DNA of 64,000 nucleotides from Octopus sinensis (taxonomy: Eukaryota): contig NC_043002.1 in assembly GCF_006345805.1 (NCBI RefSeq), forward strand, positions 76,632,001-76,696,000, given 5' to 3'. Under the pieces are notes generated by a model. The model was not told the origin of the DNA. It saw only the letters and a program-made list of their open reading frames with translations, and did not search any database. Below are positions 13,291 to 23,232 of the stretch, piece by piece. Positions within the stretch are counted from its first letter, which is position 1. Every line of letters begins with the position of its first letter. The translations under genes were made by a program, and so were the position numbers.

Positions 13291-13444
13291 AGCTTCACGA
13301 TTTACGGAATCAAATATTTTGAGTTAAAAATAAAGGCATTTCTCGTGCGCGTGTGTATTTGCAAAGGTATATCTCAATATGTGCGTGTGTGTGTATTTGT
13401 ATACATATTTGCATGTGTACGATAAGCCTATTCGACCCGAGTTG

Positions 13445-13890
13445 ACTGTCTTTATGTTCAGAGTTCAAATTCCGCCGAGGTCGACTTTGTTTTTCATTCT
13501 TTCGGGGTCGATAAATTAAGTACCAGTTACACACTGGGGTCGATGTAATCGACTTAATCCCTTTGTCTGTCCTTGTTTGTCCCCTCTATGTTTAGCTCCT
13601 TGTGGGCAATAAAGAAATAAGAATCATTAGCGCGACGGACAAAATGTTTAGCAGCATTTCATCCGGTTTTACATGATGAGTTGAAATTCCGCCGAGGTCG
13701 ACTCTGTCTTACCTTATACAAAATTTCACACCTTGTGCCTACAGGTGAAAATATTATCATTATATGGGCGGCGAGCTTAGAAGACTCATTATCACGTCAG
13801 ATAAAATGCTCACCCGCATTTGGTCCAGTTGAATTTCTGCTGAGGTCGACTTTGCCTCTCGTCCTTTCGGAGTCGATAAAATAAGTGCCC
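13445..13890 (+). mobile_element. Cluster of three partial SINE family B copies
   Basis: AAATTCCGCCGAGGTCGACT or a variant recurs at ~13470, ~13685 and ~13835. Confidence 0.75.
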
Positions 13891-14152
13891 CACCAAATTT
13901 CAGGCTTTAAGTTTATAGTAATACGCTCTGGCAAACTGTATCGTGAATACCTGAACTTTGCCGTTTTCTACCACCGGCGAACACCAACCAGATACGTTAT
14001 TGCTTGGATTCTCACTCTTCTTCGTCTTAAAACCCATTTAATTATCCCCTGTTTAGCAGACAGCAGCACGCATTAGCAAATAATTTGTTGCGAATTCCTA
14101 TAATGATGAACTCTGGTTTTCGTAAGATTCATCAATCCAGCTAGTGAGTTAG

Positions 14153-14203
14153 CTTCGACTGACGAGACCCAGAACGAGGTCGAAACACCGCGGTGACCGG
14201 AAA
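14153..14203 (+). ncRNA. Type-I hammerhead-ribozyme-like motif 1 (degenerate cleavage triplet)
   Basis: CTGACGA (14159-65), stem II GACC/GGTC with an 8-nt loop, GAAA (14182-85), palindromic stem III CACCGCGGTG. It then has AC where UH is expected, and stem I is weak. Confidence 0.6.
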
Positions 14204-15374
14204 CATCCCTTACGCCAGTAAATTGTAAACCAGTGAATCATGTGCTTTATGAACACTCATCACCTAGCTCAAAGGGAAGAGGCGTTCCTTGGTGGTGAAA
14301 AATAACAACGATCTGATATTCACGTTCGAATCTGCCAGAACAAATTTATGAACAGATACGTTACCCTTGGGATTCTCGTTGTTTTGACTGACCTCCATTA
14401 ACTATTATGAAACAAACATCTATATAGGAATTAGCTCAGTCTCGTTTAGTAAAAGAAAAAAAAAATGTGTTTGTTGCTCCACTGTATTCTCTTTCTTTTC
14501 TTTGCCACTTCTGTCACTGATCTAGATAGATATTATGGCCAGTAATGCAGCGAAAATGAAAGCGTAATTAAAAAAAAAAATTCTAGTTAGTCCCAAGTGA
14601 GAACATTCCCTAATCCTGTTTATTTCTCAGTAACAACGTACGAAAGCCAGCATCAACAGGAAATTTATGAGCCAACACGGGAGCTTTTTGTCGTCGCTCA
14701 ACCGGCTGTAAACAGCAACCAAAAATCAATCAAATCAAACTCTGCCTCTTGTCTTAAACAAAAAGATTCGAGGTAAAATTTAATCCAAAATACACCATAT
14801 CATGTCTGGAAATAAGACGAGATAGTCATTTTTGGAACGTCTTTGATTAGACTTGATTTGCTTGATCAGGGCTGACTTGTGGGCTAAAGAACAACATAAA
14901 AAGAAAATTAATCCACTATTTTCGGTTTGTACATTAGCTTTGACCGAGTACTCGTCTGCTTCGAATCATCCTCGCAACGATAACGATGCATTTTTCAAAG
15001 AATAAAAAGAGGGGGAAAAAACCGGTTTCTCTGTTCAGCTATGAAGATGCAACAAAACATGCACCAAACGCTGTGTGCTCATATCAAAGTTGTCATTGAC
15101 TGCGCATGACTGCTGCACCACTGCAAGAAATGTAATTGAACTATCAGTGTTCTATCACATAATTCCACACTTGGCAACACCAACCAATTTGGATTAGCAG
15201 GTCAGCTGACAAACAACCATTACTTCTTTGTCACAAAAAGCAATATTTCACACGACTGCCTGATCTCACCTCCACTTTCTATCTCATCCCCTCTCCCTCA
15301 CTCCCTCTTTCTCTCCTACTCTCTCTCACTTTCTCTTGTTCACTTTATAATTTCTCTCCCTTTCGTTCTGTCTG

Positions 15375-16150
15375 TTGCTCTCTCTTCCTTTCGCGCTCTC
15401 TTTTGCTCTCCCTTTAGCATTTTCTATTGCTCTCTCTCCCTTTCGCTCTGCTTTTTGCTCTCTCTCCCTTTCGCTCTTTCTCTTGCTTTCTCTCCCTTTC
15501 GCTCTTTCTCTTGCTTTCTCTCCCTTTCGATCTTTCTCTTGCTCTCTCTCCCTTTCGCTCTTTCTCTTGCTTTCTCTCCCTTTCGATCTTTCTCTTGCTC
15601 TCTCTCCCTTTCGCTCTCCCTTTTGCTCTCTCTCCTTTTCGCTCTTTCTGTTGCTCTCTCTCCCATTCGCTCTCTCTGTTGCTCTCTCTTCCTTTCGCTC
15701 TCTCTGTTGCTCTCTCTTCCTTTCGCTCTCTCTGTTGCTCTCTCTTCCTTTCGCTCTCTCTGTTGCTCTCTCTTCCTTTCGCTCTCTCTGTTGCTCTCTC
15801 TTCCTTTCGCTCTCTCTGTTGCTCTCTCTTCCTTTCGCTCTTTCTCCCTTTCGCTCTCTCTGTTGCTCTCTCTCCCTTTCGCTCTCTCTGTTGCTCTCTC
15901 TTTCTTTCGCTCTCTCTGTTGCTCTCTCTCCCTTTTTCTCTCTCTGTTGCTCTCTCTTCCTTTCGCTCTCTCTGTTGCTCTCTCCCTTTCGCTCTCTCTC
16001 TGTTGCTCTCTCTCCCTTTCGCTCTCTCTCTGTTGCTCTCTCTCCCTTTCGCTCTCTTTGTTGCTCTCTCTCCCTTTCGCGCTCTCTGTTGCTCTCTCTC
16101 CCCTTCGCTCTCTGTTTCCTCCCCCTTTCGCTCTCTGTTTCTTTCCTCTT
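15375..16150. repeat. 28-bp pyrimidine-rich minisatellite within a ~1.1-kb polypyrimidine tract
   Basis: Unit CTTTCGCTCTCTCTGTTGCTCTCTCTTC and variants. The spurious ORFs show 28-aa periodicity. Confidence 0.92.
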
Positions 16151-16745
16151 TCACTCCCAGTTTTTTCTCTCTTTCGCGCCCCCTTATACTCTTTCTCTAT
16201 TTCGCTCTCCCTCTCTCTCCCTCTGTTGCCCTCTCCCTTTCACTCCGTCTGTTGCTCGCCCCCTCTCATTTCCTCGGGCTTTCTCTTCCCCTCTTCTTTC
16301 CCTTTCTGTTTGTCTTTCTATCTCTATCCTACCTTATTTCCTCTCACTGTCACTCGCTTCCCCACTCTCGGTTTCTCTTGCTTGCGCTCATTCACGTCTC
16401 CACCAACAAATTACAATGGCCACCATCACTATCATCATCATCATCCCCCATTCCTCATTAGCATCAATTAATATTTCTAGTAAACGATAGTAACTGCAAT
16501 CTTACTCTGATATTGCAACAAGAACAACATGATGAACAATTGATACTTCACGAACCAATGAGAGGATTCTCTAAGCTGTAATTCGATCTGCTAGAAATAG
16601 CAACCAAATTTCCCTCAGGTGACATCTCACTGCTTCAAAATATATAAATAAATATAATTGATAACATATTAGGTAATGTTGTTACAGATGCACCCCAAAA
16701 GACCCGATGGCAAGGGATGGAATGGCTTTAATCATAGGTCTGTTG

Positions 16746-17149
16746 GCGAGCTGGCAGAAACGTTAGCACGCCGGGCGAAATGCGTAGCCGTATTTCGTCT
16801 GCCGTTATGTTCTGGGTTCAAATTCCGCCGAGGTTGACTTTGCCTTTCATCCTTGACTTTGCCTTTCATCGATTAAATAAGTACCAGTTACGCACTGGAG
16901 TCGATATAATCGACTTAATCCGTTTGTCTGTCCTTGTTTGCCGTCTCTATGTTTAGCCCCTTGTGGGTAGTAAAGAAATAGGTATTTCATCTGTCTTTAT
17001 GTTCTGAGTTCAAATTCCGCCGAGGTCGACTTTGCCTTTCATCCTTTCGGGAATCTATAAAATAAGCACCCGTTGAGTACTGGGGTCGATCTAATCGACT
17101 GAACCCCTCCCCAAAAATTTCGGGCCTTGTGCCTAGAATAGAAAAGAAT
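16746..17149 (+). mobile_element. Head-to-tail dimer of SINE family B copies with two different 3' tails
   Basis: The first copy ends ...GTGGGTAGTAAAGAAATA (~16983). The second ends ...TTTCGGGCCTTGTGCCTAGAATAGAAAAGAAT. Confidence 0.8.
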
Positions 17150-17156
17150 ACCAATA

Positions 17157-18268
17157 GGCGCAGGCGTGACTGTGTGGTAAGAATTTTGCTTCTCAGTTAC
17201 ATGGTTTCAGGTTCAGTCCAACTGCATGGCACCTTGAGAAAAGGCCTTCTTTGTCCCGGGCCGACCAAAGTCTTGTTAGTGGATTTGGTAGACAGAAGCT
17301 GAAAGTAGCCCATTTTGTGTGTGTGTCTTCAGTAAATAATAAATGCCAAATAGAAGCACACTCTAAGATATAGAGCAGTAAGAGTATATAGATGAAGATA
17401 GATGTACATGGCGTCTGAAGAAACGCTGTAAAACTAAACGCTTTATGGACGTAAAACACAGGGTAACCCCATAGACCAGCCATGTATATCTGTCTGTCTC
17501 TCTCTCTCTGCCTGTCTATCTCTATCTGCCTGTCTATCTCTATCTGCCCGTCTATCTCTGTCTGCCCGTCTATTTCTGTCTGCCCGTCTATTTCTGTCTG
17601 CCCGTCTATTTCTGTCTGCCCGTCTATTTCTGTCTGCCCGTCTATTTCTGTCTGCCCGTCTATTTCTGTCTGCCCGTCTATCTCTGTCTGCCCGTCTATC
17701 TCTGTCTGCCCGTCTATCTCTGTCTGCCCGTCTATCTCTGTCTGCCCGTCTATCTCTGTCTGCCCGTCTATCTCTGTCTGCCTGTCTATCTCTATCTGCC
17801 TGTCTATCTCTGTCTGCCTGTCTATCTCTGTCTGCCTGTCTGTCTCTGTCTGCCTGTCTGTCTCTCTCTGCCTGTCTATCTCTGTCTGCCTGTCTATCTC
17901 TGTCTGCCTGTCTATCTCTCTCTGCCTGTCTATCTCTCTCTGCCTGTCTATCTCTCTCTGCCTGTCTATCTATCGCTGTCTGCCTGTCTATCTATCGCTG
18001 TCTGCCTGTCTATCTATCTCTGTCTGCCTGTCTAACTCTGCCTGCCTGCCTGTCTGTCTGTCTCTCTTTGTCTCCCATCATTGCTTGGCGCCCAATGTTG
18101 GTGTGTTTACCCCCCCCCCGTAACTTAGTCTTTCGGCAAAAAAGACACTAACAGAATAGTACCAGATTTAGAAGAAGTACTGAGGTCGATTTATTCGACT
18201 AAACTTTTAAAAGCGGTACTCCAGTATGGTCGCAGTCCAATGACTGGGACTAGTTAAAGACAAGATAA
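17157..18268 (+). mobile_element. SINE family A copy with an ~750-bp insert/minisatellite in its middle
   Basis: 5' half at 17157-17325 and 3' half at ~18085-18268, separated by unique sequence plus an 18-bp minisatellite. Confidence 0.7.
17485..18060. repeat. 18-bp minisatellite (TCTGTCTGCC(C/T)GTCTAT(C/T)), ~32 units
   Basis: Visible directly. ORF 17482..18123 has 6-aa periodicity. Confidence 0.95.
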
Positions 18269-18424
18269 ACAGCTGATGTGTGACTGAACAACAGCTCAAG
18301 CACGACTGTGTCAACATAGATATGTTGTTGTCACTCAGTCAGGCTTCACTATCACTCATTCACTGGCTGTACCTTGAGTCACTCACATAGCTATCTCTCT
18401 TCACTCATACTATTACCCATATGT

Positions 18425-18830
18425 TTCACCTACAGATTCATCACTCTTCACGCATTCTCTCACGCAAATATTTGCCATTAAGTCGCTCATCAATCTCCAC
18501 CTACAGACTTATCCCTATTCACTCACTCTCTCAGGCAATAATTTGTCGCTCGATCACTCATCAATCCACTCATTGTCTCGCCCACAGATTTATCACTCTT
18601 CACTAACTCCCTCACGTAAATATTTGTTACTCAATCATTTATCAGTCATTCACTATATCACCCACATATTTATCATTCACTCACTCACTCCCTTCCTCAA
18701 ATATTTGTCATTCAATCACTCGTCAACCTCACTCACAGATTTATCACTATTTACTCCTTTTCTTGCGCAAGTATTTGTCACTCGATCGCTTGCTATCACA
18801 ATCGCAAATTTATCACTCATCACACATTAA
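18425..18830. repeat. Old diverged ~70-80-bp tandem repeat (5-6 units)
   Basis: CACAGATTTATCACTC-like blocks at ~18430, 18501, 18582, 18662, 18734 and 18803 alternate with AAATATTTGTCA(C/T)TC-like blocks. Confidence 0.6.
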
Positions 18831-18999
18831 CACATCCACTTGCAGCTAACACGTCCACACGATTGTCACTCTTCACTTAGTCACCCATGCATTCTTGTTA
18901 CTCAATCACTCATTCACTTTCTCGTATTAGTCAATTCTCCATTCAGTCTCACCCATACTATTCTCACTCACTCACTCACTATATTATTCATACATTTTT

Positions 19000-19620
19000 C
19001 TTTTACTCTTTCTCCCCATCTCTCTCCTCCTCCTCTCTCTCCTTCCCTCTCTTACTCTCTATTCCTCTCTTACACTTTCTCCTCTCTCTCCTCTTCTCTC
19101 TTACTCTTTCTCTCTATTCCTCTCTTACTCTTTCTCTCTATTCCTCTCTTACTCTTTCTCTCTATTCCTCTCTTACTCTTTCTCTCTATTCCTCTCTTAC
19201 TCTTTCTCTCTATTCCTCTCTTACTCTTTCTCTCTATTCCTCTCTTACTCTTTCTCTCTATTCCTCTCTCTTTCTCTATTCCTCTCTCTTTATTCCTCTC
19301 TCTTTATTCCTCTCTCTTTCTCTCTCTCTCTATTCCTCTCTCTTACACTTTTTACCCCTCTTTATTACTCTCTCTTACTCTCTCCTCCGCTCTTTAACTC
19401 TCTCCCATCCTCTCTCTCTCTTCCTCCTCTCTTTCTTACTCTCTCCTCTCTTACTCTTGCACTCTCTCCCTCTCTTGCGTTCTTTCCCTTTCTCTCTTGC
19501 GCTCTTCCTCCCTCTCCTCTTTCTGTATCTCACCCTCTCTCTTCCTCACTATATCTCTCTTTCTCTGTCACTTTTCTATTTCGCAGTTTCTCTTACTTCC
19601 ATTCTTTCTCTCTTTCACAC
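19000..19620. repeat. Polypyrimidine tract containing a 24-bp minisatellite (TTACTCTTTCTCTCTATTCCTCTC x ~7)
   Basis: Visible directly at ~19095-19270. Confidence 0.9.
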
Positions 19621-19708
19621 TCATCCATACATCCATCCATCTGTGTGTGTAGATTAGTGTGTGTGTGTCCGCGCGCGCGTGTGTATGTATGTATATATAT
19701 ATGTATAT

Positions 19709-19758
<50 letters not shown>

Positions 19759-20433
19759 TACACACACTCACGTGTAATCACCTGGATCTCTCTCACTTCC
19801 CTATCTTTGTTATATACATCCCACTCACAAAACTGTGATAAGAGTTAATTTAACTAATTAAACACTTTCGCTAATCAATAGCACTTTATAAGTGTGTATA
19901 CAAAGGTGTATAACATGTATGTATGCATGTGATGTAGGCATGCATGTCATGCAGGCATATAATGCGTGAACGTATCAATGGGAGTTGACGAACATACATA
20001 TAGCATACATACATACATATACATACAGTGACATACTTAAAAAGCATACATAACATGACATACGCAACATACATTGTGTATATTATATGAATATCATGCA
20101 TTCGTACTGTATATGCTTGCCATACATACATACATAGCATATAGTCGCACACAGCATACATTTGTAGTATATAAGCACGCAGCATTCATACGCATACACC
20201 ATACGTACGTACGTATTATTACATAAGGTAACTTTGGGTGGCTGAATATATAAAGGTGTTTGTCGTGTTTGTTTTTAAAACCCTTTCCATTTCAATGACA
20301 GAGGCAATAACAATAGCTCTAAAATTCTTTTTAAATTCACCTTAAATATTTCATTAAGCAATCTTTCGTAGTTTTTGCCCATTGTCTTTCAGCTTGATGT
20401 TTTATATAATCTGGACCTTATATATGGATAAAA

Positions 20434-20465
<32 letters not shown>

Positions 20466-20621
20466 CTTTATTTAAAAGCAGCAGAAATATAACAAAAGCT
20501 GTTTCTCAGAGTTTCACGTTCCTGTTCATGGGACAGTTTTGTTAACAAAACTGTCCGACGAACGGGAACGTGAAACTCTGAGAAACAGCCTTTGTTATAT
20601 TTCTGCTGCTTTTAAATAAAG
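20466..20621. repeat. 156-bp spacerless palindrome (78-bp arms, 4 mismatches)
   Basis: The centre GTT|AAC lies between 20543 and 20544. CTTTATTTAAAAG at 20466 mirrors CTTTTAAATAAAG ending at 20621. Confidence 0.95.
20551..20588 (+). ncRNA. Minimal type-I hammerhead-like motif 2 (mirror copy on - strand at 20499-20536)
   Basis: Stem I CTGT/ACAG, core CCGACGA (U4C), stem II ACG-GGAA-CGT, GAAA, stem III CTC-T-GAG, then AA in place of UH. Confidence 0.55.
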
Positions 20622-20692
20622 CATATTACTCTACCTCTGGTATTTGAGAAGTCTTTTTTCCACCTTGTTTCACATTTATGTGCTTACTCTGG

Positions 20693-20751
<59 letters not shown>

Positions 20752-20936
20752 CACATATACACACACACACATTAAAAAAGTGGCGCAGAGGGTTTACAGA
20801 AATTTATTGGAGAAATGAAAATAGCATAAAATAGAGTGTACAAGATTAATCTCTTCGTGTACACACACACACACACACACACACACGGAATGATAACTTA
20901 TGATAGCATGAAATTATAACATTATCACTAACTACT

Positions 20937-20971
20937 TAGTTATGATGAGCTTAAGCGAAACCGGTCGACTA
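20937..20971 (+). ncRNA. Minimal type-I hammerhead-like motif 3 with an intact GUC site
   Basis: Stem I TAGTT/GACTA, core ATGATGA (C3A), stem II GC-TTAA-GC, GAAA, palindromic CCGG stem III, GTC cleavage triplet at 20964-20966. Confidence 0.65.
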
Positions 20972-20982
20972 TGTAAGCGTTT

Positions 20983-21042
<60 letters not shown>

Positions 21043-21120
21043 CTGTTACTTTTGTGCAAGGACAACTTTCCGGAGGAGCGCAAGTCAATTGCATTAGCCA
21101 CAGTAAGGAATAAATGCTTG

Positions 21121-21266
21121 ACTGGTACTTATTGTACTTATCTTATCAACGCCCTAAAGTATGAAAAGAAAAGTCGACCTCGGCGGAATTCGAACTCGGA
21201 ACGTAAAGAGCCAGAAGAAATGCCGCTCAGCATTTTGTTCGGTTTGCAAACAATACTGCCGCCTTA
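21121..21266 (-). mobile_element. SINE family B copy (3'-truncated)
   Basis: GTCGACCTCGGCGGAATTCGAACTC...CTGCCGCC. Confidence 0.75.
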
Positions 21267-21379
21267 GTCCCTTTGAACGGAGCCCGCTACACTAAGTCCG
21301 TTATCTGCTAAGATGCTGAACTGGAACCATATTCAAATATATGCTATAACGTAGGGAAGTTTAGAATACGATATCATAA

Positions 21380-21541
21380 GGCGCAGGAGTGGCTCTGTGG
21401 TAAGTAGCTTGCTTACCAACCATATGGTTCCGGGTTTAGTTCCATTGCGTGGCACCTCGGGCAAGTGTCTTCTACTATAGCCTCGGGCCGATCAAAGCCT
21501 TGTGAGTAGATTTGGTAGACGGAAACTGAAAGAAGCCCGTC

Positions 21542-21589
<48 letters not shown>

Positions 21590-21773
21590 TTGTTCCCCCA
21601 ACATTGCTTGACAACCGATGCTGGTGTAGTTACGTCCCCGTAACTTAGCAGTTCGGCAAAAGTGACCGATAGTACTACGCTTACAAAGAATAAGTTTTGG
21701 GGTCGATTTGCTCGACTAAAGGCGGTGCTCCAGCATGGCCGCAGTCAAATGACTGAAACAAGTAAAAGAGTAT
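21380..21773 (+). mobile_element. SINE family A copy
   Basis: Collinear with 4714-5108. Confidence 0.85.
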
Positions 21774-22084
21774 CGAATTCCCTGGCGATACTATTGTTAT
21801 ATAACCACTTTAAAAGTAATATAGTGTTAACCTCCCCTCCATATGCATAGATTGTGTTATGGAATTTAATATGGCTTAAATTATTCATAACGTTTTTAAA
21901 CTAATCCTAAGATCTGATATCCATTGATCAAAGCAGGCTTAAGGCGACGAGGTTGAACAAAGCTGAAATATGTTGGTAGCTCTCATCATGCCGGCTAACA
22001 ATGATTAAATCTTTTCCCCTAAGTATGAAAGTTTTATTCATTAACACAATGCATGCGTCGTTCAGTAAATCAGCAGCTAGCAGA

Positions 22085-22180
22085 AAGATAGACCAGTAGA
22101 TAGATAGACCAATAGATATAGATAGACTAGTAGATAGATATAGATAGACCAGTAGATAGATAGATAGACCAGTTGATAGG
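22085..22180. repeat. (GATA)n-derived minisatellite with a GACCAGTA spacer
   Basis: ATAGATAGACCAGTAG and variants, about 5 times. Confidence 0.75.
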
Positions 22181-23232
22181 TGTTAGTGTGTGCTGCCAGA
22201 GATAGCGCTGGTTGTGGTTATAGTTCTTTAGTTTGCTTAAGCCATCACGGTCAAGGCCATATTGGAACACTGTCATATAGAAAATTGTATTTAAAGAAAT
22301 TTTAATTTAATATCTCCAGATGCTTCCATCACCCTATTGTCATTAAATAATAATAATACATATTTCACTTCATGTGTGTGTGTGTGTGTGTAAATAATGT
22401 ACACAAACCGGCATACGCAAACAATGTAAGGAATAAATACGATCTATTATTGACTTACAGAAAAGAACGTTTACAATTGTCTATGGGTGTGTTCATTTAC
22501 ATATTATATGCCCAGGGATTGCAACACAATTACCACCATCACTACCACCGTCGCCACCACCACAACCATTACAGTCAATGATACTAAACATTATCGCCCC
22601 CTCCTCTTGTCCTACAATACACAAACACGCATACATACAGCAATGGCTCTCACGCTGTATATGTCCACAACGTCGATGTAAATGCTTTTCGTTCTGTGTT
22701 TACTTGTCTTTCATTGCAACATACACTAGCGATACAAATATGTAACATTATATTAAAGACCACACATACAAACACGTATACGTACACCCACATATACATA
22801 GACTCCGTTACATGTACGCACGGGCTTGTAAACAGACGTATACGAATGTGAAAACGTCTAAATATTGGCGCATAAACATACACATGAATGTCTGCATGTA
22901 TCTATCTATCTATCTATCTATCTAGCTATCTTGTTTTAATTGCTCTTAGCAATCACGTCACATAATACACATACAATTGTTATATATATATATACATATA
23001 CACATCCGCCTTTGCCAACATGATAGGTCATTTACAGACGCCACATAATACAACCACCCTCTTCTACTCCGTCTCTCTATCTAGTCCCACACCCCGCTCC
23101 TATCGTTTTACCAATGAACTCCGTGTAATCTGACTGAACTGCCAAAAAAACAAAACTAACACAAAAAAAAAAAAAACAGAAATACGGAAGGTAGGAAAGA
23201 GTGTTGGAGTCGTGGATGAGACAACCGACTAT

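Larger units (their letters stand above)
20445..20745 (+). mobile_element. Probable Penelope-like element terminal remnant with an inverted truncated copy, between (TA)n tracts
   Basis: One arm of the palindrome extends a further ~70 bp (to ~20692) before (TA)n. An inverted partial terminal repeat plus a minimal hammerhead is the known PLE architecture. No RT or GIY-YIG ORF is seen. Confidence 0.45.

Noticed and set aside
15375-16490. ORFs of 246-371 aa on both strands
   Set aside because: Translation of a 28-bp CT-rich minisatellite and a polypyrimidine tract.
17410-17460. CTGAAGA followed by AAAC motifs
   Set aside because: No GAAA closing a helix II hairpin. The same applies to the CTGANGA hits at ~55770, 55990 and 58897.
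17482-19657. ORFs of 185-256 aa (SISVCP and LSLYSSLT repeats)
   Set aside because: Translations of 18-bp and 24-bp minisatellites.
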